Shown in pieces: positions 35,865 through 45,485 of a stretch of DNA of 64,000 nucleotides. The stretch comes from Candidatus Omnitrophota bacterium (GTDB taxonomy: Bacteria > Omnitrophota > Gorgyraeia > Gygaellales > Profunditerraquicolaceae). Location: NCBI GenBank assembly GCA_041650835.1, contig JBAZKL010000001.1, forward strand, positions 15,449 to 79,448, in the 5' to 3' direction. Positions within the stretch are counted from its first letter, which is position 1; each line of letters starts with the position of its first letter. Position numbers and translations under genes: made by a program. The notes below the pieces were generated by a model that was not told the origin of the DNA, did no database searches, and was given only the letters and a program-made list of their open reading frames with translations.

Positions 35865-36820
35865 TATCTTCTGCGCCCCGGCATAAAGGGGTTCGTACCT
35901 GTTGAATTCTTAGGCAACTTATATTGCCTGGACCGTATCATGATCCGGTCGCTTGCAGTGACCCCGGAAAGCACCTCTATATTCTTATCGTCGGAAAACC
36001 CAAGCTTAACGCGCGCCCGGACCGGTTCTGTGCCGTTATCCTGCATTACAAGAACAAAACTTTCCCCGTTATCCTTATTTACCGCTTCAACGGGAATAAG
36101 CAGGATATTTTCTTTATCCTGTTCAATGAAATCAACCGTCGCGTTCATTCCCGAACGGAAAAAACGAGGGATCTCCCGCGGCATAAGATCCACCTCGTAA
36201 ATCGTCACATTATTGACCGTCTGAGATTCGTAATAAATATGTTCCACTGAAGATTTTATGATCACGTCGGGATAAGCGTCAAGAGTAATGTTAGCTTTTT
36301 TATCAAGGGTGATCTTACCGATATCGGTTTCATCGACCTGAGCCCTGACGATCAAGTGATCCGACAAAACCACGACGGCATCCGCGGTTGTAACCGCCTG
36401 GCCGGGCTGGGTCTTGGCGACAATGACCTGCCCGTCTATAGGAGCCGGCAAAGGTATCGGTTTATAGGCGTCTTCCCAATATTTATAGGACTCCTCCCCC
36501 TTGCCCCTGGCAGCATCCAGAAGGGCCGCCCGTTCAGTTGAACTCATCCAGGCCAGGACATCCCCGGCTTTTACCGCCACACCTTCCTGCACGAGGATCC
36601 GGTCGATCCTACCGTTGACCGGAGGCTTAAGCTCCAGCCGGTTTTTCGGAAGCACTGTCCCGGTGCATGAAATAAATGTCCTCAGAGAACCGATAAAAGG
36701 TTTTACTTCTTTAATGACCTCGCCATTTGATTTCTTTTGATTCAACCTCCAGATAACCGCCGAAGCAACAATAACCACAACAAAAAACGTAAAGAATATC
36801 TTTAATTTTTTATGGCGCAT
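35864..36820 (-). CDS. macA: periplasmic adaptor (membrane fusion protein, HlyD/MacA family)
   Basis: N-terminal TM anchor, lipoyl/beta-barrel adaptor motifs (VKAGDVLAWMSSTE...), ATGA-type coupling to macB. Confidence 0.65.
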   Translation of the reverse strand: MRHKKLKIFFTFFVVVIVASAVIWRLNQKKSNGEVIKEVKPFIGSLRTFISCTGTVLPKNRLELKPPVNGRIDRILVQEGVAVKAGDVLAWMSSTERAALLDAARGKGEESYKYWEDAYKPIPLPAPIDGQVIVAKTQPGQAVTTADAVVVLSDHLIVRAQVDETDIGKITLDKKANITLDAYPDVIIKSSVEHIYYESQTVNNVTIYEVDLMPREIPRFFRSGMNATVDFIEQDKENILLIPVEAVNKDNGESFVLVMQDNGTEPVRARVKLGFSDDKNIEVLSGVTASDRIMIRSRQYKLPKNSTGTNPFMPGRRR

Positions 36821-38096
36821 ACTCGAGTATCTCTCCTTTCGCCTGGACCCAATCAGCCTCCGCTAATAATGCATTCACCTGCGCGTTCAAAAAGACTTTT
36901 TTCCTGCTCACCAGATCATCTTCTATGATCGTCCAGGTATCAAACTGGATCAACCCTAACGAATACTGCGCTTCGGCGATCAAAGAGCGCTCCTCGACAG
37001 CCAAAAGGAATTTCTTTTGCACCGCGACTGTTTCAAGGGAGTCCTGCAACGCGGCCCACGACTGCTGAAGGCCGACAATAATATTATCTTTTGTGCTGCG
37101 CTCGTCAGCTTCCGCTTGATTATATACTGCTTTAGCCCGCGCGACTTGCGCCGAGCGCAGACCTCCCTCAAACAAAGGGAAACTTAAACTTAACCCCGCA
37201 TTCAACTGGTCGTTCTGCGGCAAGAAACGCGCCCCCGTCCTGTTTGCCGCGGCCTGTAATGAAAGCTGCGGCAAATATTCGGCTTGCGCGGCCTTAATAC
37301 TAAAAGAGGCTGAATTTTTCTGAGCAATACTCTTACCCAAAGAGGGATGCTTCTTTGCCAGCGCTTGGAGATCAGGCTTCTGCGAAACAGTATCCCGCAC
37401 GTTAAAGTCAGCCGAGACCTTTAACGGAGAAAACCCGCCCCTGCCTATTTCTTTATTCAATTGGCTTTGCGCGACGAAGAGTGCCCGCTTATTCTGGGTG
37501 ATCTCAAATTCCGACTGAGCTAAATTCGCCTGCGCGGTCAAAAGCGCGCCCTTATGCTCCATGCCCGATTCATAGCGCAACGTGATCAATTCAAGATTAC
37601 TTCTTCGTATTGAATAGATCTCCCGGGTAAGGTTTAATAATTCCTGGGCCTTGAGCAGGTCAATAAACGCCGTCCGTAAACGAAGCCGCACTTCCGATGA
37701 AATAAAGGAATAACTGTATTGAGCGGCCAAAATATCCTCACCTGCAGAGCTGACCTCATTCTTCGTTTTTGCCCCGTCAAAAAGCAATTGGCTGGCGCTG
37801 GCGCCGTACTGGAACGAATTCGCCGTCTTTTTGGCTTTGCCTGAAGAGGCGCTGGTAGTAGTCATGGCCCGGGAAGCATCTATCGACGCGTTCACCTGGG
37901 GAGCCAGCCCGCTCTGAGAGATCGCCTTGGCTGCCTGGCTTTGTTTCACAAATTCAAGCGCCGATATCAGATCAGGATGGTTCTTTTGAGCTTCGCGCAA
38001 ACAATCCTGCCAGGTCAATACCTCTTCTGACTGCGCGAATAGCACTCCGAAGAACACAAGCACTATACTCGCGCAAAAACCCGCGGTCTTACTCAT
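36810..38096 (-). CDS. TolC-like outer-membrane efflux protein
   Basis: Signal peptide, two OEP-type repeat halves with coiled-coil heptads, 428 aa. Confidence 0.65.
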   Translation of the reverse strand: MSKTAGFCASIVLVFFGVLFAQSEEVLTWQDCLREAQKNHPDLISALEFVKQSQAAKAISQSGLAPQVNASIDASRAMTTTSASSGKAKKTANSFQYGASASQLLFDGAKTKNEVSSAGEDILAAQYSYSFISSEVRLRLRTAFIDLLKAQELLNLTREIYSIRRSNLELITLRYESGMEHKGALLTAQANLAQSEFEITQNKRALFVAQSQLNKEIGRGGFSPLKVSADFNVRDTVSQKPDLQALAKKHPSLGKSIAQKNSASFSIKAAQAEYLPQLSLQAAANRTGARFLPQNDQLNAGLSLSFPLFEGGLRSAQVARAKAVYNQAEADERSTKDNIIVGLQQSWAALQDSLETVAVQKKFLLAVEERSLIAEAQYSLGLIQFDTWTIIEDDLVSRKKVFLNAQVNALLAEADWVQAKGEILEYAP

Positions 38097-38344
38097 TATT
38101 GTTCGTCCTTTAACACAGGTTTCGTCTTGATCTTTGCCAGCATCGCGTTTGCCTGAGAGAGGAACTCGCTGAACTGCTCAGCAGGCACCAAGCCTATAGG
38201 CCCGCCTCCTGACTTGGCAAAAACGATCAGCTTATCCCCTGAATTGATCTTGAACATTTTCCTCACCTCAACCGGGATCACGATCTGCCCCCGCTCTCCT
38301 ACCGTTACCGCTCCAAACAACTTCGGCATGGGGAATTTTTCCAT
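38096..38344 (-). CDS. AbrB/MazE/SpoVT-family DNA-binding protein (first gene of efflux operon)
   Basis: Swapped-hairpin motif AVTVGERGQIVIPVEVRKMFKINSGDKLIV; 82 aa; stop overlaps tolC-like start. Confidence 0.6.
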   Translation of the reverse strand: MEKFPMPKLFGAVTVGERGQIVIPVEVRKMFKINSGDKLIVFAKSGGGPIGLVPAEQFSEFLSQANAMLAKIKTKPVLKDEQ

Positions 38345-38458
38345 AGCTTCATCTCCATTTAAATAAATATGATTTACATGATTAGTGTAACTTATATGAT
38401 AAATATATCAAATCATACTTATTTGTCAAGAAGATTCATCAAAAATCTAACCTGCGGA

Positions 38459-39046
38459 CTAATTCCCATAGAGAGCCCGCAATTGCTCCATAGTCGGATT
38501 ACCTTCGTAATATTCTCCCTGCGGCCCGATATAGCCGGTGCCGCGTTTCTCTAAGGTAACAGCGTTATAGCCCCCTCTTGCATTAGGGACATTGATCGTC
38601 ACGATCCCCGAACCCGAAGCTGCAGTTAAAGGCTCGACCTGAGGAGGAGCAATGATCACGGGAGCCGGAACGACGTAATATCCGCGCTGATGCCTGCGAT
38701 AGTAAATATGGTTATAACGATAGTATGGCTCACCTGCGACAATAACCGTGCTATACCCAAAGGGGAGGTGCGTAATGAACGCGCCCCGGATAGGTGCATT
38801 GAATCTGTATGAAAAGCCAAACCTCCCGGGCCGGTAAAACCTGCCATAATGATAGTAGTGCCTGCGATGATCTACTACCACGGCTTCCCGATGGCTCCTA
38901 TAGTGGCCGCCGCCTCTATGATAGCCGCGCATATCTCCATACCCCCTGCCGCCATCCCTGGCAAACGCGGCAGAATACGGCGCTATGGTTAATAAGCACA
39001 GCAAAACCATTAAAAACACCTTCAATACAGGATATGTTTTTTTCAT
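38459..39046 (-). CDS. secreted His/Tyr/Arg/Gly-rich low-complexity protein
   Basis: Start at MKKTYPVLKVF preceded by GCAGGAGGTGG. Signal peptide ...LTIAPYSAAFA. Mature part GRGYGDMRGYHRGGGHYRSHRE...HRRHYYHYGRFYRPGRFGFSYRF...YYRYNHIYYRRHQRGYY. Confidence 0.55.
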   Translation of the reverse strand: MKKTYPVLKVFLMVLLCLLTIAPYSAAFARDGGRGYGDMRGYHRGGGHYRSHREAVVVDHRRHYYHYGRFYRPGRFGFSYRFNAPIRGAFITHLPFGYSTVIVAGEPYYRYNHIYYRRHQRGYYVVPAPVIIAPPQVEPLTAASGSGIVTINVPNARGGYNAVTLEKRGTGYIGPQGEYYEGNPTMEQLRALYGN

Positions 39047-39287
39047 TTTCCACCTCCTGCAGGTAAAAATCAATTGATACGGCACTTCCTCTATGCCTCT
39101 TATTAATTAGACAGCAGGAAAGGGTAAAAAGTTTCAAGAAAAATTGATTTTTCAGGATAAATTTTCTCTATGATAGCTAAAGGGAAGACTGATCATAACC
39201 CGGAAGAAAAAGCCGTGCAGCGGCGGTTAACCCGTATCCGCAATATAACAAAACCATACCTGTCATCTTTTGTAAATTCAGGGGTAT

Positions 39288-40655
39288 TTAGATATTCTGG
39301 GCCGTAAACTGCGGCGGCGCAAATTCCGGGGCATTCATCCATTTGCGCTGCCAGAACCTGCGGGTCAAAAAGACCGTCTGTATGATGATCGAAATATTCA
39401 TCGACCACCAGACTGCAGGCGCGCCGAACCCGCAATTTATCCCTAATAAGTAACTCAAAGGCAAGCGCACCAGCCAAATACTTAGAGAAACAATTTTCAT
39501 CACTCCCCGGGTATCCCCCGCTCCATTCAGGCATCCGCCTAAAATCACGCCCCAGGCCATAACCGGCTCAAAGATAAGGCTGATACGGATATAGCGGACA
39601 CATTCGTTAACGACGATCTCATTATTAGAAAGCAGCAAAGCGATCGGCCGGGCGAAAATCATCCCCAAAACCGATAAAGCGGTGACAATACCCACGCCAA
39701 GGGCGGCTGTAACCAGCCCTGAGTGAAAAGCCTGCTGGTTTTTTTTCGCGCCCAAAAGATTTCCCGTCAAAACCGCGGCAGCCAGATTAAAGGCGAACGC
39801 GGGAAGGAATATCGCTGATTCGACTTTTAATCCATTCGTAAAAGCCGCCAGTATCTCAACATTATGCGAGGGCAATTTGCTTAAAACCAGATATAACACA
39901 AGCGCGGCTAACTGCCATAATATCTGCAGGAGCCCCGCCGGCCAGCCGATACGAAAGACCTTTACTGCCGCTGCCCAGGAAAATTTATAAAAACCGTCCA
40001 TAAGCCCGCGAACAAAGGCCATATTGATCAAAACCCCGACGATCGAGCTGGCAACGGTAGCTACCGCTATCCCCTGATATCCGAGAGGAGTCATGAACGC
40101 AAGAGTAAAATTAAGTATTATATTCAACAAACAGACAATCAGCATGGTCAAGAGCGATCTTTTGATCATTTTACAGGCCCGTAATATCCCGTTGGTGGCA
40201 ATAAGCGCGTAGTTGAACAGAAGCCCCACGGAATAAATAAGCAGGAAAGAGACCGCCATGCCCTTAAGCTCATCAGGCACATCCAAAGCGCGAATAACCG
40301 GACCGGAAAAAACGATACCGGCTCCGCTGGCGAGCAAACCGCAGCAAAAAGTCAATAAAAGCGTTGAATCAAGCGTGCGGTTGAATTCTTCCTTTTCACC
40401 TGAAGTATACAGCCTCGACAAAATAGAAACCGCCCCCACGGTCAGGGCAAAAACAATAATGCTCAATATAAAATATATCTGGCTCGCCAGGCCATAGGCA
40501 GCCTGCACCTCTTTGCCGAACATTCCCGCGACGTAAACATCCGAAAAACCGATAAGAAAGATAAAGAACATGATCACTGCCATCGGCCAGCTCACTGACC
40601 AGCTTTCTTTCAAGATACCGGCATCGCTTAATAACCGCTCAAGCTTCATCTTCAT
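39288..40655 (-). CDS. MATE family efflux transporter
   Basis: 12 TM, 455 aa, MATE N-terminal pattern SWPMAVIMFFIFLIGFSDVYVAG. Confidence 0.75.
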   Translation of the reverse strand: MKMKLERLLSDAGILKESWSVSWPMAVIMFFIFLIGFSDVYVAGMFGKEVQAAYGLASQIYFILSIIVFALTVGAVSILSRLYTSGEKEEFNRTLDSTLLLTFCCGLLASGAGIVFSGPVIRALDVPDELKGMAVSFLLIYSVGLLFNYALIATNGILRACKMIKRSLLTMLIVCLLNIILNFTLAFMTPLGYQGIAVATVASSIVGVLINMAFVRGLMDGFYKFSWAAAVKVFRIGWPAGLLQILWQLAALVLYLVLSKLPSHNVEILAAFTNGLKVESAIFLPAFAFNLAAAVLTGNLLGAKKNQQAFHSGLVTAALGVGIVTALSVLGMIFARPIALLLSNNEIVVNECVRYIRISLIFEPVMAWGVILGGCLNGAGDTRGVMKIVSLSIWLVRLPLSYLLGINCGFGAPAVWWSMNISIIIQTVFLTRRFWQRKWMNAPEFAPPQFTAQNI

Positions 40656-42292
40656 CGGCTCTGATTTCCTTCATTCATGGTTTTATACAACGTATGGCGC
40701 TGCTCTTTTATCTGCTCATGAGCAAGGTATTCATCATAGCCCATGGCACGGTCGATATATCCGCAGGGAGTTATCTCAATAATACGGTTGGCAACGGTCT
40801 GCACCAATTGATGGTCATGCGAAGAGAACAATATCGTCCCGGGGAATTTCTCAAGGCCCCGGTTAAGCGACGTGATCGCTTCCAGGTCAAGGTGATTTGT
40901 CGGTTCATCAAGTATCAGAACATTGGGCTGCACGACCATCATACGGGCAAACATGCATTTCGCCTTTTCTCCGCCGGAAAGGACATTGACCGGCTTCAAA
41001 GACTCATCACCCGAAAAAAGCATCCTTCCCAAAAAGGAACGAATAAACTCCTCGTCCGTATTCGCCGAATACTGCCGCAGCCAATCCACCACGCTTAACG
41101 GCGCGTTAAAATAAGTTACATTGCTGCGCGGATAATACGAGCGCTTCACCGATGCGCCCCACTTAAAATTCCCCTCATCGCTTTGGGCCTCCTGCATCAG
41201 GATCGAGAAAAGCATAGTCCGGGCAAGGTCATTCGGCCCCACAAACGCGACTTTATCGCCCCGGTGGATAGTAATATTCAAACGTTCAAAACAAACCAGG
41301 CCGTCAACCGACTTAGACAAATTATTAATGCTCAGGATATCATTGCCGGCAAAACGCTCCTGCTCAAAATTGATAAAGGGATACTTCCGGGAAGAAGGTT
41401 CAATATCATCAAGCGTCAGCTTTTCCAGGATCTTCTTACGGCTGGTCGCCTGGCGCGACTTAGAAGCGTTATTGGCAAAACGCATGATAAACTCTTTTAA
41501 TTCTTTACGCTGTTCCTCGATCTTTTTATTGGCCTCGCCGCGCTGGCGCGCCGCGAGCTGGCTTGCTTCCGACCAAAACGTATAATTTCCGGTATAAAGG
41601 CGGATCTTGCCGAAATCGATATCAGCGATATGGGTACAGACCTTATCCAGAAAATGCCGGTCATGCGAGACCACGATCGCCGTATTCTCGAAATTACACA
41701 AAAATTCCTCCAGCCACATGCATGACTCCACATCCAGATGATTAGTCGGTTCATCCAAAAGCAGGATATCGGGATTTCCGAATAATGCCTGAGCCAGTAA
41801 AACACGCACTTTCTGCCCCGCCTCCAACTGGTTCATATGCAGCATGTGCAGCGGCTCTTCGATGCCCAAATCACTTAACAGCTTTGCCGCGTCGGATTCC
41901 GCGCTCCATCCTTCCAATTCCGTGAACTCGCTCTCAAGCTCTGAAGCGCGCATACCATCTTCAGCGGTAAACGGAGCTTTAGCGTATAACGCGTTTTTCC
42001 CGGTTATGATCTCGAAAAGCTTCTTATGCCCCATAATGACCGTCATCAGCACCGTAAACCGGTCAAAAGCAAACTGGTCCTGCTTTAAAACAGAAACGCG
42101 CTTTCCCGGCGCGATATCAACACCCCCGGACGTGGAATCTAACTCCGAGGAAAGGATCTTTAAGAATGTGGATTTACCGCAGCCGTTAGCCCCGATCAAC
42201 CCGTAACAATTCCCCGGAGAGAAAACGATGTTAACTCCGGAGAAAAGCTTACGCTCACCGAATTGCAATGACACATCATTAACGGAAATCAT
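40652..42292 (-). CDS. ABC-F family ATPase (tandem ABC domains, YbiT/EttA-like translation factor type)
   Basis: Two Walker A (GANGCGKST; second in C-terminal half), two signature/Walker B (LLLDEPTNHLD x2), linker domain, no TM; 546 aa. Confidence 0.8.
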   Translation of the reverse strand: MISVNDVSLQFGERKLFSGVNIVFSPGNCYGLIGANGCGKSTFLKILSSELDSTSGGVDIAPGKRVSVLKQDQFAFDRFTVLMTVIMGHKKLFEIITGKNALYAKAPFTAEDGMRASELESEFTELEGWSAESDAAKLLSDLGIEEPLHMLHMNQLEAGQKVRVLLAQALFGNPDILLLDEPTNHLDVESCMWLEEFLCNFENTAIVVSHDRHFLDKVCTHIADIDFGKIRLYTGNYTFWSEASQLAARQRGEANKKIEEQRKELKEFIMRFANNASKSRQATSRKKILEKLTLDDIEPSSRKYPFINFEQERFAGNDILSINNLSKSVDGLVCFERLNITIHRGDKVAFVGPNDLARTMLFSILMQEAQSDEGNFKWGASVKRSYYPRSNVTYFNAPLSVVDWLRQYSANTDEEFIRSFLGRMLFSGDESLKPVNVLSGGEKAKCMFARMMVVQPNVLILDEPTNHLDLEAITSLNRGLEKFPGTILFSSHDHQLVQTVANRIIEITPCGYIDRAMGYDEYLAHEQIKEQRHTLYKTMNEGNQSR

Positions 42293-42534
42293 AGTATTAT
42301 ATTATTCCATGCTTTAAATAAAATTAATAAGGATCAAATTGGGGTCAGAGCAAAAATAGCCGGAAGGAATGTATTATAACAGCATAGCTCAAAAAGTAAA
42401 GTCCTGTGTATATTATTTTTACGGTTATCGGCAGGCCTGACGCGGTGACTTTAGAAAACGGCCACCTTTTTATTTAATCCGGCCGTTTATATATGCGCGT
42501 ATTTCGCGGATCACCACTACGGGACGGGGCCGCG

Positions 42535-43623
42535 CTAAAACCATCTTTTTCTTTTAAAATAAAGGATCATGCCGAAGGATACCGAAGCCATGATACCGAG
42601 GGCGAAGAAATAACCGAACTTCCAATTCAATTCCGGCATATTAAAAGCTGACTTTTGCCAGTTAAAATTCATCCCGTAGATGCCGGCGATAAACGTCAAG
42701 GGCATAAAAATGGTGGCAATAACCGTCAACACCTTCATGACTTCATTAAGCCGGTGGCTTAAACTTGAGAGATAAATATCCAGCATTCCTGAAACAGTAT
42801 CCCTGAACGCTTCAATAGTATCGACAACCTGGATGACATGGTCATAGATATCACGGTAATAAACTAAAGCATTATCGCTCAACATTTCCGATTCAAACTG
42901 CGTAAGCCCATGAACAACCTCACGAAGCGGCCAAACGGATTTGCGCAGGAAAATAAGGGTCCTTTTTAATTTATTGATGGTTGAGAGAACATGGGGATCG
43001 GGGTTACTGACCACGGTCTCCTCCAATGCCTCGACCTTTTCCCCGACCTTCTCAAGGATAGAAAAATAACTGTCAACGATAGCGTCTAAAAGCGTATAGG
43101 CCAGGTAATCCGCCTTCATCTTGCGGATACGGCCTTTACCGGCCCGGATCCTCTGGCGGATATCGTCAAAGACATCCCCCTGCTTCTCTTCCTGAAAAGA
43201 TATCAGGAAATTCTTCCCTAAGATCATGCTTACCTGTTCATCGACGACTTCATCTATACCGTCATTGAAAGTAAGCATTTTTACCGCAATATAGATATAT
43301 TCACCGAAATCCTCGACTTTGGCGCGCTGGTTGATATTGAGGATATCCTCCAGCACCAGATGATGGATCTGATAACACGATGTCAATTTTTCCAGGACAT
43401 CGACACGATGGACCCCGTCGACATTGACCCAGGTCACTGTCGGTTTTTCTTTAAACGGGATACAATCTTCAGCCCCAAAGGTCTCTTTTTCAATAAAATT
43501 ATTCTCATCATAATCGAAAATCGTTATCTTAACCTGTTCGGACCTCGAGATCCCCTCATAAAGCAAGGTCTCCGGCGGCTGGCCGATAAGCTTTGATTTC
43601 CTGAATAGCTTTGTCATGAACAA
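42535..43623 (-). CDS. corA: CorA magnesium/cobalt transporter
   Basis: C-terminal two TM with YGMNF motif (GIYGMNFNWQ), 362 aa. Confidence 0.85.
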   Translation of the reverse strand: MFMTKLFRKSKLIGQPPETLLYEGISRSEQVKITIFDYDENNFIEKETFGAEDCIPFKEKPTVTWVNVDGVHRVDVLEKLTSCYQIHHLVLEDILNINQRAKVEDFGEYIYIAVKMLTFNDGIDEVVDEQVSMILGKNFLISFQEEKQGDVFDDIRQRIRAGKGRIRKMKADYLAYTLLDAIVDSYFSILEKVGEKVEALEETVVSNPDPHVLSTINKLKRTLIFLRKSVWPLREVVHGLTQFESEMLSDNALVYYRDIYDHVIQVVDTIEAFRDTVSGMLDIYLSSLSHRLNEVMKVLTVIATIFMPLTFIAGIYGMNFNWQKSAFNMPELNWKFGYFFALGIMASVSFGMILYFKRKRWF

Positions 43624-43753
43624 CTCCTTTTAAACACATCACCTTGAATGAACCGCACGTAAAGTCCGGCAAAATATTACCGGGCGTATCGGAAAAAGAA
43701 ACACATTATTCCCACCAAGCTCAAGCCTCCCCTGATCAGTCCACTCATAGCTT

Positions 43754-44110
43754 TCACTTGACCGTGTAGCCTAACTTACCCAGTTCCTGCTTGAGCTGCT
43801 CCCGATGATCTCCCTGCAGCTCGATAGAATACTCCTTAACCGAACCGCCTGTGCCTAAGCGCTGCTTTAATTTCCTAATTACTTCCCATAGGCCTTCCTC
43901 ACTCAAAGGCAACCCGCTTACAATAGTCACCCCTTTACCTTTACGGCCTTTGGTTTCATGCCGCAGGCGCGCGATCCCATCGGTTTCAGGTAGCGCCGCT
44001 CTCTTAATCTTACGGCAGGCGCATTGATCGACTGCCCGGGCGCACCCCGGACAGACCGGCCCAAGCGCGGTAGAATAGATCAAGCGGGAATTAGATCCTC
44101 GGTTTTGCAT
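43754..44110 (-). CDS. yciH: SUI1/YciH-family translation initiation factor
   Basis: VCPGC...C N-terminal zinc motif, SUI1 core RKGKGVTIVSGL...GTGGSVKEYSIELQGDHREQ. Confidence 0.75.
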   Translation of the reverse strand: MQNRGSNSRLIYSTALGPVCPGCARAVDQCACRKIKRAALPETDGIARLRHETKGRKGKGVTIVSGLPLSEEGLWEVIRKLKQRLGTGGSVKEYSIELQGDHREQLKQELGKLGYTVK

Positions 44111-44173
44111 AAAACAATAAACAGATTAACAAATTTATGATTTAAGTTATCTCTCGACAGGCCGTAACGTGAG

Positions 44174-45391
44174 CTATTCAAGTATGCCTGTTTCACAGAC
44201 ACGGGAAAATAAGTGGGCGCTTTCCCGGGGCGTCCGCTGGAGCGTCTTATAATCAATATCGATCAAGCCGAATCTCGGGGCAAACCCCTTGTCCCACTCA
44301 AAATTATCCATGAGCGACCAATAAAGATAACCCCGCACATCCACACCCGCTTCCAGAGCGCGGTGGATATTCTCTAAATGCGAGCGAATAAACTCCCAAC
44401 GCTCCTTATCATCAAGCGTACAGATCCCATTCTCCGTCACTATGACCGGTAGTTTATATTTTTTAAGCTTTACCAGCACGTCATACATGCCTTCGGGATA
44501 AATATCCCAGCCCAGGGAATTCTTCTTGACCGGATAATGATCATCTTCACAGGCACCCGTCAATAACTGCCTTATACCCAATTGTTTTACCTCAACCAAT
44601 TGGCGGGAATAATAATTCAAACCGATAAAATCCAGGGCCTTTGAGCGGGTTAAAACATCAATGAACCCGCAGTTAAACCAATCATGCCTCAAAGACGCCG
44701 CAATACGGTTTAAGATATTCTTACCGCAGGGGACATACGCCTGCATATGTTGAGATATGCTCACCGCGGGGCTCCTCTCGCCTATCCCCCGGTAAGCCGC
44801 GTGGATAAAACGATAGGCTTTCAAGTGCGCGAGGATAAAATTACCTTCAACTGCTTTAACTTTCAGGAGTGACTTTTTCTGGGGAGGCCAGAAACCGAAC
44901 AAGTACGCGTGAGATATGTATATGGTCGGCTCATTGATCGTGATCCAATACCGGACATCTTTCGCCAAGGCCGGAACTACAAAGCCGCAGTAACGAAGGA
45001 AATAATCGACAGACTTCTTTTTTTCCCATCCTCCCCGGCGGGCAAACCATTCAGGATTGGTAAAATGGTGCAACGTCACGAAAGGTTCAATATTGCGCCT
45101 CTTAAGCGCGCGGATGACCTGACGGTAGTGCTCGAGCGACTCTTGAGAGAATTTTCCTTCTTCAGGCTCGATACGGCTCCACTCGATAGAAAGGCGGTGG
45201 GCGTTATGATGCAGGGTTTTCGCCAGGTCAAAATCCTGTTCATACAACCGGTAATGGCCGCACGCGGCCCCGGAATTCTCTTTCCCGGCAGATTTCTCCC
45301 ACCGCCACCAGTCAGCATGAATATTCTCTCCCTCCACCTGATAGGAAGAAGTCGCAGCCCCCCAAATGAAATGACGCGGGAATACCTTCAT
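44174..45391 (-). CDS. glycoside hydrolase family 1 beta-glucosidase
   Basis: FIWGAATSSYQVEG, acid/base NEP (ITINEPTIY), nucleophile VIVTENG; 405 aa. Confidence 0.85.
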   Translation of the reverse strand: MKVFPRHFIWGAATSSYQVEGENIHADWWRWEKSAGKENSGAACGHYRLYEQDFDLAKTLHHNAHRLSIEWSRIEPEEGKFSQESLEHYRQVIRALKRRNIEPFVTLHHFTNPEWFARRGGWEKKKSVDYFLRYCGFVVPALAKDVRYWITINEPTIYISHAYLFGFWPPQKKSLLKVKAVEGNFILAHLKAYRFIHAAYRGIGERSPAVSISQHMQAYVPCGKNILNRIAASLRHDWFNCGFIDVLTRSKALDFIGLNYYSRQLVEVKQLGIRQLLTGACEDDHYPVKKNSLGWDIYPEGMYDVLVKLKKYKLPVIVTENGICTLDDKERWEFIRSHLENIHRALEAGVDVRGYLYWSLMDNFEWDKGFAPRFGLIDIDYKTLQRTPRESAHLFSRVCETGILE

Positions 45392-45485
45392 GGTAAAATT
45401 ATATCACTACAACCGGTAAATCTTAATAATTATTTTTCTAATTACCTCACTTGACGCGCCGCTGAAAACAGTGTAAATTAAACTC

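Noticed and set aside
38096-38344. AbrB/MazE-fold protein as antitoxin of a toxin-antitoxin pair
   Set aside because: No MazF, PIN or other toxin ORF adjacent. It is translationally coupled to the TolC-like gene instead, so a regulator role is more likely.
39193-39534. 113-aa ORF overlapping the 3' end of the MATE transporter
   Set aside because: Completely embedded in the MATE gene frame-shifted; no independent support.
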